Virus record (IMG/VR): IMGVR_UViG_3300032225_002469
Location: 1-46,868 of that record
Origin: a virus
Lineage: Duplodnaviria; Caudoviricetes
Strand: one strand, 5' to 3'
DNA: 46,868 nt
Below the pieces are notes generated by a model. It saw only the letters and a list, made by a program, of their open reading frames with translations, searched no databases and was not told the DNA's origin. Each line of letters starts with the position of its first letter. Within the stretch, counting starts at the first letter, position 1. Of the stretch, positions 17,938-25,909 are shown piece after piece. A program made the position numbers and the translations under genes.

Positions 17938-18438
17938 TTGGATTACCTAGACTTTTTTCGAGAACAGTACCTCACCACGGATGATTTGGTAGCTGTGGTC
18001 AGTGCTCTGAACCTATTCCAATCCGGCTTTGGTACCCATCGCTGTTGGTGTCTCAAGACCATCAACCGTTCTGAGCTGAAGGGTTTTACCACCAGTCACG
18101 GCTCACGCCCCTTGTACAAGGGACGGGATGCCAGGATGCTTGCCTTGGCTATCGCCGGGCAGTATCAAAGTGAGACTCAACCCATCATCGTGAGAAGACA
18201 CCTCTGCGGCTCTGTCTACTGCATCAATCCCAACCACTACTACTTTGGCACCAAAAAGGAAGTCTGCTTTGAACGGGGTCAGCGCAAGGGGAGTCGCATT
18301 AGTCCCGACTTGGTAACCGAGCTGCGTCTGAAGAACACGGAGAACCGCAAAACCTGGTCCTACGCTGCCCTTGCTCGTCAGTACCGCCTCCCCTACCATG
18401 TAGTACGTCGGATCTGCAACCATGAATCCTATGAATGA
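17938..18438 (+). CDS. Degenerate His-Me finger (HNH-like) protein with C-terminal HTH
   Basis: CWCL, RHLCGSVYCINPNHYYFGT, then SYAALARQYRLPYHVVRRI; start uncertain (TTG 17839 or 17938). Confidence 0.65.
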   Translation: MDYLDFFREQYLTTDDLVAVVSALNLFQSGFGTHRCWCLKTINRSELKGFTTSHGSRPLYKGRDARMLALAIAGQYQSETQPIIVRRHLCGSVYCINPNHYYFGTKKEVCFERGQRKGSRISPDLVTELRLKNTENRKTWSYAALARQYRLPYHVVRRICNHESYE

Positions 18439-19030
18439 CCCACTAGGCCAGATCCTGCATCAAAATATTGAAGACGTGCGCAGCACGTTTCCTGAGAAAA
18501 GCCAGCAGATGACACAAGAGTTAATCGAGCACAGTACAACCGAATGTCTGTGGCATAAGAAGAATTTTCCTGGTCACGTTGGTAATTTTGGCTTGATGAA
18601 TGAGTGTTTAGACTGTCTGGAGGAAATCAAAAAGGGCCGATGTGCTGTTGATGTAAAAAACTTTGCATTTGATACCTATTGGGTAGTCAAGAAGTTTTGG
18701 GACAAAGTTGACATCAAAGGTCAAGACGAATGCTGGCCGTGGCTTGGTGCAACGAAAAAGAAGGACACAGAAACAGCCGCTTACATGCCAAGTCCATTCC
18801 ACAGCGGACGGATTCAGTCTGCAGCACGCGTTGCCTTCTGGACCTCACGTGGGTACGTTGGCAGGTTGCGGGTTTTCCATCAGCCTGGTTGCAATATTCT
18901 GTGCTGCAATCCACTGCATTTAAGAATTCGGGAGCTAGAATCAATCCCCACACCATCGAAAATTTCCGTAGTAAATTTGAGCTACGGCAACATTTTTAAC
19001 AATGCAAGAGCAGAGCACCTCAAGAATTAA
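18422..19030 (+). CDS. Degenerate His-Me finger (HNH-like) protein
   Basis: FWDKVDIKGQDECWPWLGA, AARVAF, HQPGCNILCCNPLHL. Confidence 0.7.
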   Translation: MNPMNDPLGQILHQNIEDVRSTFPEKSQQMTQELIEHSTTECLWHKKNFPGHVGNFGLMNECLDCLEEIKKGRCAVDVKNFAFDTYWVVKKFWDKVDIKGQDECWPWLGATKKKDTETAAYMPSPFHSGRIQSAARVAFWTSRGYVGRLRVFHQPGCNILCCNPLHLRIRELESIPTPSKISVVNLSYGNIFNNARAEHLKN

Positions 19031-19313
19031 TTCAAAAATTAGTCAGGTCGTACCTAGCTGCTGGCATGAACCAAATCCTATGTATGCTGGGCATATCCGT
19101 ATTGGCGGTGAAAACCATTTCACTCCTTGGTTTGACGCCAGAAATAAGGCAGAATTAGAACTTAGGTGCCTTGAAAAGCGATTAAGCTATGAATTAATCA
19201 AGACTGTGGAAGAGGAAGGATATTACCCAGAGCGTTCTACTCTGCTAGAAAAGTTGTACCTGGAAAGCGGTAGAACAAACGGCTTGTACTCTGGTTTGTT
19301 GATTAAAGAATAG
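19002..19313 (+). CDS. Hypothetical protein
   Basis: ORF in the + strand run; C-terminal GRTNGLYSGL. Confidence 0.55.
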   Translation: MQEQSTSRINSKISQVVPSCWHEPNPMYAGHIRIGGENHFTPWFDARNKAELELRCLEKRLSYELIKTVEEEGYYPERSTLLEKLYLESGRTNGLYSGLLIKE

Positions 19314-19362
19314 ACAGCTTGTGTTATTGCTAAACTTAAAGTAATAGTGCAATGCTTGTGAC

Positions 19363-20037
19363 GTGGCTCGTTTTTTAGCAACCCTTCCAGAAAATCTTGG
19401 GTTTTTTAATCTTGGAAGTATACAAGCCTACCCAACTGGGGGTACAGGCCCAACAGCTTTTGGCCCCGTATCGTATTTTGGGAGCGACCCCCTCCCTCAA
19501 AGTCTAGGTGATTCAATTAATAACCCAGCAAACCTTGGCGACTTTTCACCAATTTTTCGATCTATTACCATTAGCAATACACATGGTGGATTAACGCGGC
19601 AACAATCGTCTTTTTACAAATTAAAGTTAAATCGCAGTCGCGCTATTAAAATTAGTCAAAATTTTAGCCAAAATTCTTATACATCAAATACCAACCGAAA
19701 CACAGTTATTTCGTTTTACAGAGTAGAAGACGGTAATCATCGTCGTGAATTACCAATTAATAATTCAGGTTATGTTTACACTACTACTGGTGTTGATTAT
19801 GACGATAATGCAGATCTTAATTTAGCTGACTATCCAAATACTGTTTTGCCTCCTGGTGAGTACATTTGTTTAATCACCAATGATATCCGTTATCTTGAAA
19901 CAACATATTCCATCACGTTGCAAAGTTTGAACGTAGACTGGCGTTACGTTGTAGAATCTATTGACGAGGCGCTTGATTTAGAACTTATTACTGAGGCGGT
20001 GGGTGCTTCTATTGATTTTGGCACTCTGGCCAATTGA
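19363..20037 (+). CDS. Hypothetical beta-sandwich protein, possibly structural
   Basis: TGCTAAACT promoter at 19328; beta-strand pattern (FYKLKL, LPPGEY). Confidence 0.65.
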   Translation: MARFLATLPENLGFFNLGSIQAYPTGGTGPTAFGPVSYFGSDPLPQSLGDSINNPANLGDFSPIFRSITISNTHGGLTRQQSSFYKLKLNRSRAIKISQNFSQNSYTSNTNRNTVISFYRVEDGNHRRELPINNSGYVYTTTGVDYDDNADLNLADYPNTVLPPGEYICLITNDIRYLETTYSITLQSLNVDWRYVVESIDEALDLELITEAVGASIDFGTLAN

Positions 20038-20078
20038 TTTAAAAAATGCTAAGCTGTTGACATTGCCTACGTAAACTC

Positions 20079-20339
20079 ATGAAAGTCGTCACAGTCCAAC
20101 AACTGGAAGAAAACTTTGAGGCAATCTTAGATGATGTTGCAGACAATAAAGAACACTATCGAATCCAATGCGAAAAAGGAGACCTTAAACTCATTCCTAT
20201 TGAGAGCTATGCTGTTCTTGCAGAGGTGTACACAGATTGGGTAGAAGAACCCCAAAATACCTCACCTGTGGAAGGATTTGATCCTCAACAACTACCCGTT
20301 GTTATGTACAATAACGATTCAACTTTTAAAAACGCGTAA
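20079..20339 (+). CDS. Phd/YefM-like antitoxin domain protein (orphan)
   Basis: MKVVTVQQLEENFEAILDDVADNKEHYRI..LKLIP matches the Phd/YefM N-terminal pattern; TGCTAAGCT promoter at 20047. Confidence 0.65.
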   Translation: MKVVTVQQLEENFEAILDDVADNKEHYRIQCEKGDLKLIPIESYAVLAEVYTDWVEEPQNTSPVEGFDPQQLPVVMYNNDSTFKNA

Positions 20340-20810
20340 CTATGCAGAAGTTTGTTCTTTCTGTTGTTTAGCAAAATAAATTTCATCAGGACGTTTTGCC
20401 CAAGATGGTGTTTCGGCAATAGTTGCCTCAGGTACTTCATTTATTCGTGCCAATGCATTTTGATATTCCCCTAAGGCTTGGTATTTTTGAGCAGCAAGCG
20501 CTTGTTTTAAATCTTCATTTACGTTGCTAATACCGGTTGTTTGTTGCAAGTACTTATCCCCTTTAGGAAGAGAAGCACTATAGGCATTAATTTCTTGTAG
20601 CCGCCGACCAGCCATCCGTGCACCGAGTTCGGCAGGAGTTCCTACTTCTTGATAACGTTGGTTTTGAACTTTAGCAGTTTCTTCTTGAATGCGCCGCAGG
20701 TATCCAGCAGCATCTTCAAAACTTTCCTTGGGCACAAGAGATTGATAAAACGTCGGCGCCGTTGGCGCAGGCATTATAGTTACTGGTGCACTGGGACGTG
20801 AGCCACCCAT
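20340..20810 (-). CDS. Hypothetical helical protein
   Basis: 156-aa ORF. Confidence 0.6.
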   Translation of the reverse strand: MGGSRPSAPVTIMPAPTAPTFYQSLVPKESFEDAAGYLRRIQEETAKVQNQRYQEVGTPAELGARMAGRRLQEINAYSASLPKGDKYLQQTTGISNVNEDLKQALAAQKYQALGEYQNALARINEVPEATIAETPSWAKRPDEIYFAKQQKEQTSA

Positions 20811-20814
20811 GGTT

Positions 20815-20949
20815 TTATTTTACTTGAATCGTTACACTTACTTTAGATGACACAAACCCGTATAAATGCTGGATGCCGACGACTCCAAGGGGACCCAAAA
20901 TCAGGACCAGCAAAAGCTCGGCGTATGTGAGACGTCTCCGCGATTTCAT
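20815..20949 (-). CDS. 44-aa membrane protein with type IV prepilin-like N-terminus (below cutoff)
   Basis: MKSRRR-LTYAELLLVLILGPLGVVGIQHLYGFVSSKVSVTIQVK*; fills the gap between two - strand genes. Confidence 0.65.
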   Translation of the reverse strand: MKSRRRLTYAELLLVLILGPLGVVGIQHLYGFVSSKVSVTIQVK

Positions 20950-20966
20950 GTGATGATGGAGTTTAC

Positions 20967-21689
20967 TCAAAGACTACCACAAATTTCGTAATTTTGTATA
21001 AATTTTTGTTTTCGATATACAGCAGTCCGCATTGTTGCTGCTGGAATGCCAAGAAACGCAGCAGCCGCGCTCATAGAGGAAAATTTTAAAATTTTATTTG
21101 TCTGAGGATTTTTTAAAGAGACCGGTTTTTTATTCCAACCTAATTTTTTTCTAGCTTCATCAGTTAATTTTCTATTTTTTATACCTTTTCTTAAGTTTTC
21201 TAAATGTGTTTTGCTAAATTTTCTACCAATTTGAGCTTGCCTGCATTTTTCTTTAACCTCTTCACTTCTTGGTATGCTTTTAAATCTTGCACCTATTTTA
21301 GCCCTGACCTCTGGAGGCAGGATCTTACCTTTCAATGCTATCTTATTTGCTTCTCCAATTTTTCTTTTAGTTTCTTCAGATATTTTACGTGAATACCCAC
21401 AAGAAAACCCAGTACTACGCGCCCTGGCTTTATTAGCAAAATGCGGATTCACATCAACCTTGTAAAAAACATGTAAACTAATTTCAGCTTTTTGAGCATC
21501 TTCGCGGCAACAAAACTCCTGCAAAACAATTTTATTGTTTGGTTTAAAAGTTTTGTCTTTATACGTTCCCATATACTTAGCGTCTGCGCTGGGAAGACAG
21601 CTACAAGATCTCACGCCAATGTAGCCCCTCCCCCAGGATTCGTAACTATAGTAGACGTAGTGATACCGTTTCCCCTTTGGTGCTGGCAT
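20967..21689 (-). CDS. GIY-YIG homing endonuclease with NUMOD3-like repeats
   Basis: YVY...GYIG..R, YMGT, FANKA; SEETKRKIG and SEEVKEK repeats; AT-rich. Confidence 0.85.
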   Translation of the reverse strand: MPAPKGKRYHYVYYSYESWGRGYIGVRSCSCLPSADAKYMGTYKDKTFKPNNKIVLQEFCCREDAQKAEISLHVFYKVDVNPHFANKARARSTGFSCGYSRKISEETKRKIGEANKIALKGKILPPEVRAKIGARFKSIPRSEEVKEKCRQAQIGRKFSKTHLENLRKGIKNRKLTDEARKKLGWNKKPVSLKNPQTNKILKFSSMSAAAAFLGIPAATMRTAVYRKQKFIQNYEICGSL

Positions 21690-22011
21690 GGAAAATAAAA
21701 ACTCTTTAAAGATTCTAACCGAGCTCAGCGACTGTGATGGGACGCTTCATGACAATATGGTTCCGTATAAAACAGAGTTTAGCGCCTTATTGGCAAAAAT
21801 GTCCATTAAAACCATGGAAATGCTGATGACACAACAACAAAAACAGCTGGCGGTTGCTTTATGGGAAGCCTGTAATTACGGGGGACGGCCTAAACCAGAA
21901 GATATGCGCAACATGGAACCGCTTCGCCTTTATTATGAATGGGTTTTACGGATGGAAAACACCAAGCAATGGAAAAATGCTCAAAAATCCGGTAAGCTAT
22001 GCACACAGTAA
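21688..22011 (+). CDS. Hypothetical protein
   Basis: ORF; true start may be an internal ATG. Confidence 0.5.
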   Translation: MENKNSLKILTELSDCDGTLHDNMVPYKTEFSALLAKMSIKTMEMLMTQQQKQLAVALWEACNYGGRPKPEDMRNMEPLRLYYEWVLRMENTKQWKNAQKSGKLCTQ

Positions 22012-22027
22012 CAATTGATGCCTAGCA

Positions 22028-22630
22028 ATGGAAGTTGAAGAGTGGTGCGATCTTGAAAAACAAGAAGACTTGGTCGAAACGCCTGCGGCAACGTATAAAC
22101 CAAATAAATATCTTAGCTATCGTTTTAACACTTTAAATGTTGAAGAAGTAACTATCAAAAACTATAAACAAAAACTTGTAGCCAGTTTAGCAAAACAAAT
22201 AGAGATGTTTGTGCCGCCTTCAGGTAGTTTTGAAGATCGTGATTTGCAACGTTATTTAGAATTAATTAGAAGTTACGAAACGTCCACCAATGATTTAATT
22301 CTTGGTTTATCCCTTGCGGATCAAATTCGGATTTGTTTTAGCGATATGCAACCGGCTACAATTTGTTCCAGGTTTCCAGACATTGATTTAGCAACAAAAC
22401 GTAGGTACCGCTGTGTAGCAGAATACCTTTTACGGCAAAACGAACTGACCAAAGTTCGGGATGATAACGGAAAATTGGTTAAAACTATGGGGAACTTGGG
22501 AAAAATGGTAGTTATTTACTCACCGCTACCCAAAATCCGTGAAACACTTAAGCGTTCTGGTCTGAGTGAGTTTTTAAAAACCATTCCAAGTCCTGTCAGT
22601 AAGGAGGAATCCGATCCTTTGCAAACTTAA
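22028..22630 (+). CDS. Hypothetical protein
   Basis: 200-aa ORF in an operon-like run. Confidence 0.7.
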   Translation: MEVEEWCDLEKQEDLVETPAATYKPNKYLSYRFNTLNVEEVTIKNYKQKLVASLAKQIEMFVPPSGSFEDRDLQRYLELIRSYETSTNDLILGLSLADQIRICFSDMQPATICSRFPDIDLATKRRYRCVAEYLLRQNELTKVRDDNGKLVKTMGNLGKMVVIYSPLPKIRETLKRSGLSEFLKTIPSPVSKEESDPLQT

Positions 22631-22666
22631 AATTTTTGCTACCATTATTCAAAAAGTTTCTTAACC

Positions 22667-23074
22667 ATGACTGACCGCCGTAAGCAGCTGATTGCTAAAT
22701 TGATGTTGGCAAATCCCTCTGATGCAGAGCAAAAACTGATCCAGCTCACAATCGAACGAATCTGCGTAGACATGGCAGATTTTTTTGAAGGGTTTTATGC
22801 TAACGAAGGACCTGGTGCAATCGTGTATGTACCCAGGGCAGAAAATCAAGAAGATACCATGTTTTATTTAACCGTGAATGCCTTAATGAATGCGCTTAAT
22901 GACTTTAATAGCAGAGATATGGAAGGCCCTGCAGAAGTCATGAAAAAAACAATTGCCCGCGCAGAATCTTTAAACCCAGAAAAAGAAGCGCTTTTTATTA
23001 TTCAAGACGAAAAACATATGTCCTTGATTCATTACAAACGTGATAGCAATACTACTTCTGCAATCCTGATGTAA
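22667..23074 (+). CDS. Hypothetical protein
   Basis: Coupled (TAATG) to the methyltransferase-like gene. Confidence 0.7.
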   Translation: MTDRRKQLIAKLMLANPSDAEQKLIQLTIERICVDMADFFEGFYANEGPGAIVYVPRAENQEDTMFYLTVNALMNALNDFNSRDMEGPAEVMKKTIARAESLNPEKEALFIIQDEKHMSLIHYKRDSNTTSAILM

Positions 23075-23688
23075 TGATTGGGAAAAAAAATAGTTTTTCT
23101 CATTTAACGCGAATCTTTAATATAAATGAAGATTGGTTAACGCCAGTTGAATATCTTCCTTATATTGATGCATTATTAGGGGACATTGATCTTGATCCGT
23201 GTTCAACACATTATGCAAATTCGCAATATTTAAGAGCCCGTCAAATTTACACCACAAAAGAAGATGGGCTTAATATTGAAGCCCCCTGGACAGGCGTTAC
23301 GTACCTCTTCCCTCCTACCTACGGGAGGTGCTCCTTTAGCAAGGTACGCGGCACGTGGCGGTGGGGCTTACGTGGAGGAACAAACAGCCACATGCCAAGC
23401 GTGGCCTGGTTTAAGCGGCTAGAAAAAGAATGGAAATTGCGCAATATTCCAGAAGCATTATTCTTCTCAACAAGCCATGAAATGTTCCGATCTTATACGA
23501 CCATGTGGGATTATCCTGTCTGTATTCCGTATAAACGTTGCAATCTTATAAGAGGAAATAGCGAACATAGATTAGAAACGCCTTTTACGTGGGGTTTTTT
23601 TATTTACCTACCTAGACTTGATTTAGGTTTTAATCAATCTGACAATTTTCAAAAAATTTTCTCCCATTTAGGTAAAATTATCTGTTAA
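23074..23688 (+). CDS. Phage Dam-like N6-adenine methyltransferase homolog with degenerate catalytic motif
   Basis: EDWLTP, IDLDPCS, YTTKEDGL and PWTG are present, but FPPTY replaces NPPY. Confidence 0.75.
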   Translation: MIGKKNSFSHLTRIFNINEDWLTPVEYLPYIDALLGDIDLDPCSTHYANSQYLRARQIYTTKEDGLNIEAPWTGVTYLFPPTYGRCSFSKVRGTWRWGLRGGTNSHMPSVAWFKRLEKEWKLRNIPEALFFSTSHEMFRSYTTMWDYPVCIPYKRCNLIRGNSEHRLETPFTWGFFIYLPRLDLGFNQSDNFQKIFSHLGKIIC

Positions 23689-23917
23689 AAAGCGGTGCTC
23701 TAAAAGCATTTTTAAACCCATAAGTTTGATCTCCTGGTCCGTTCATGATGAATCGGTTATCTTCGCTGCGTTGCTCTGCAATATCAGGACGACTCCCTGT
23801 CCTACGCTTATTGATATATTCTTTTACGAAGCGCTTGCCTGCAGTGTTATCCTTTGCGCCCCTAGCCTGCGCATAGCGGTTATCAACGTCGTAATCAGTG
23901 CTAGTCTGTAGGCTCAT
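23678..23917 (-). CDS. Small hypothetical protein
   Basis: ATG 23917, MSLQTSTDYDVDNRY... Confidence 0.55.
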   Translation of the reverse strand: MSLQTSTDYDVDNRYAQARGAKDNTAGKRFVKEYINKRRTGSRPDIAEQRSEDNRFIMNGPGDQTYGFKNAFRAPLFNR

Positions 23918-23943
23918 GTCCCCATTCTGACAGCAACACACCC

Positions 23944-24171
23944 ATGGAAGACTTGGTCAACAGCCCGTCACACTATGCGTCTGGATCAGTGGAGTGCATT
24001 GATGCCATTGAAGCCGCAATGACCAATGAAGCGTTTCGCGGTTATTTAAAAGGTAACATTCAAAAATATCTTTGGCGTTACGAAGATAAAGAACACGCTG
24101 TTCAAGATTTAAAAAAAGCAGAATGGTATTTGAAGCGTTTAATCGCTTCATGCGAACGTTATGGATCCTGA
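23944..24171 (+). CDS. DUF3310 / T7 gp1.7-like nucleotide kinase family protein
   Basis: VNSPSHY..GSVECIDAI, GNIQKYLWRY, QDLKKAEWYL. Confidence 0.88.
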   Translation: MEDLVNSPSHYASGSVECIDAIEAAMTNEAFRGYLKGNIQKYLWRYEDKEHAVQDLKKAEWYLKRLIASCERYGS

Positions 24172-24236
24172 TAAAATTCTCCACGAATACTGTCCAGAAC
24201 TGCAATTACTGGACATGTTGGACTGGCTGCAAGCCA

Positions 24237-24965
24237 CTAAAGGTTCTTGGGGGAGCCCAATCCCCCCTGGTCTTGATTCCAATAACGAAAAAACCGACGC
24301 ACAACTTCCTCTGTAGGGTCCCACTCTTGCATTTTGCGTTCTAAATATTCAATTGCTTTGATTTGATTAGGTGTTCCTTTATAGTTATCCGCTATATTTA
24401 ACAAGCAATATTTTAGGGGGCATTTGTGTTCAATAAAAAGCGGAACTCGTTTATCTGCTGCTAAGTATGTATTTAATTCAACGCGTCTACGATCAACCAT
24501 TAAGCTGCCACCAGAAGCCCACATGCGGTTAATGTAAGGACTCCACTCACGAATAAGTGTGTTTTTAGGTGCGCTACTATTTATTAAATTTAGTAGTTTA
24601 CATTCTTTAAAAGCGGGGATGCCAAGACTGTGCGCAAAACTTAATATTGCAGCTTTTTTCTTTTCATTCAACGGCACGATTACGTAGTGCTTAACCAGGC
24701 TTGAAAACTCTTTGAGATCTTCTACCAGTTGCGCCTCTACCTCCGCTGTCAGAGCTTTCTCGTAGCGGCTGACCCAGCGTTTACCTAGCTTGGTGCTGCC
24801 ATAGCCAATACGCCACACATTCTCCCCGTAGTCCTTATATGAAGCAAATCGACCAAACCCCAAATAGGTCCTGGCCAATGAATATTGCTTGATGATGTCA
24901 ATGCCAAGCTGGGTTAAAAAGGGGTACTCGGCCCATTCATCCGTTTTTTTCTTACGAGAAGCCAA
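24237..24965 (-). CDS. GH24 phage lysozyme homolog with substituted active site and C-terminal helical domain
   Basis: GIDIIK, YKD, WRIGYGST, AAILSFA, L.DRRR.E lysozyme pattern; Glu and Thr of the E-D-T triad are absent. Confidence 0.75.
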   Translation of the reverse strand: MASRKKKTDEWAEYPFLTQLGIDIIKQYSLARTYLGFGRFASYKDYGENVWRIGYGSTKLGKRWVSRYEKALTAEVEAQLVEDLKEFSSLVKHYVIVPLNEKKKAAILSFAHSLGIPAFKECKLLNLINSSAPKNTLIREWSPYINRMWASGGSLMVDRRRVELNTYLAADKRVPLFIEHKCPLKYCLLNIADNYKGTPNQIKAIEYLERKMQEWDPTEEVVRRFFRYWNQDQGGLGSPKNL

Positions 24966-25001
24966 CGTGCAACTTTAACTTGCACACCAGCTTACCGTAT
25001 T

Positions 25002-25388
25002 TTACGGAACAACAACACGGCCTGTGTAAGAAACTTCTGAATAGCCATCCAAAGTTAAAAGAACTACATAATTTTTTGTTGCATCAGTAACTGTTACAGC
25101 AACAACACCTTTGCCTTTACCGTTCTTGATGATGTTATTAAATTTTAAATATCCAGTAGGAGCAGAACCTGATGTATAAGCGTCTTCTTGAAAAATTTTA
25201 ATATTGTCAACGCCTGAAGAGCGGTCAATGGTGACAATAATATCTCCGGTAGTGGAGGGATCAACGCGGAATCCGCGAATATTGATACCGCCAGTGGAGT
25301 TTGCAGCTGTATTACCCAAATAAGTAATCTCTGTTCCAGCATCTTTGCTGAAGGTGTCGAGTGTACCTTTGATTGTGCGGGTGGCCAT
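25002..25388 (-). CDS. Hypothetical beta-rich structural protein
   Basis: Thr/Gly/Val-rich, 128 aa. Confidence 0.6.
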   Translation of the reverse strand: MATRTIKGTLDTFSKDAGTEITYLGNTAANSTGGINIRGFRVDPSTTGDIIVTIDRSSGVDNIKIFQEDAYTSGSAPTGYLKFNNIIKNGKGKGVVAVTVTDATKNYVVLLTLDGYSEVSYTGRVVVP

Positions 25389-25393
25389 TGCGG

Positions 25394-25615
25394 TTAGGAA
25401 ATTTGACTAGCGGTGGAGTAATTAAAATTAATTTCAGCATCAATGCCGTGTTCTTTTAGGATATTCAAGAACATTTGTTTGTCCATCGTTTTTTGATGAA
25501 GCATGTCCAGAAACGCTTCTTCTAGATCTTCGCGATCCAATTCGCGAATAGCGAATGCGGCGGCATGGAGTGCAAATTCAGCGTCCATGCTTATCCCTGG
25601 GGCATTGGCGTCCAT
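25394..25615 (-). CDS. nblA: NblA-like phycobilisome degradation adaptor (copy 2)
   Basis: ISMDAEFALHAAAFAIRELDREDLEEAFLDMLHQKTMDKQMFLNILKEHG aligns without gaps to the NblA pattern LSLEQQF......V..MS.EQ....L..LY.QM......Y..LLK..G. Confidence 0.6.
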   Translation of the reverse strand: MDANAPGISMDAEFALHAAAFAIRELDREDLEEAFLDMLHQKTMDKQMFLNILKEHGIDAEINFNYSTASQIS

Positions 25616-25688
25616 TAATTGATCCAATCCATGCCTTCAGTTTAACAGCCGTGAACTGAATTGGCTTCAAAACCAATAAAAAAGTTGC

Positions 25689-25874
25689 TTAGAGATACGG
25701 AAAGCTGGTAGGCGCGGGTATTTTGTAACGGTTTTCTGCAGAAAACCCATGAATGCGCTGAGGGGTATGAATGTCAAGTCGGCGTCTAAGCAAAAAATTG
25801 CTCGTAACATAGATGCCGCCAAAGCTTAAGCCAAATGCCAATAAGATTGGAACCACTTGCGTTACCGCCATCAA
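25689..25874 (-). CDS. Small single-pass membrane protein
   Basis: Hydrophobic N-terminus followed by RRR. Confidence 0.5.
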   Translation of the reverse strand: MMAVTQVVPILLAFGLSFGGIYVTSNFLLRRRLDIHTPQRIHGFSAENRYKIPAPTSFPYL

Positions 25875-25909
25875 ACAACTACTATTTTAAACAGAATAGC
25901 ACTTAGGCC

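Noticed and set aside
22667-23074. Possible similarity to the carboxysome chaperone CcmS
   Set aside because: Only a vague motif resemblance (GPGAIV, NPEKEAL); not supportable without a profile search.
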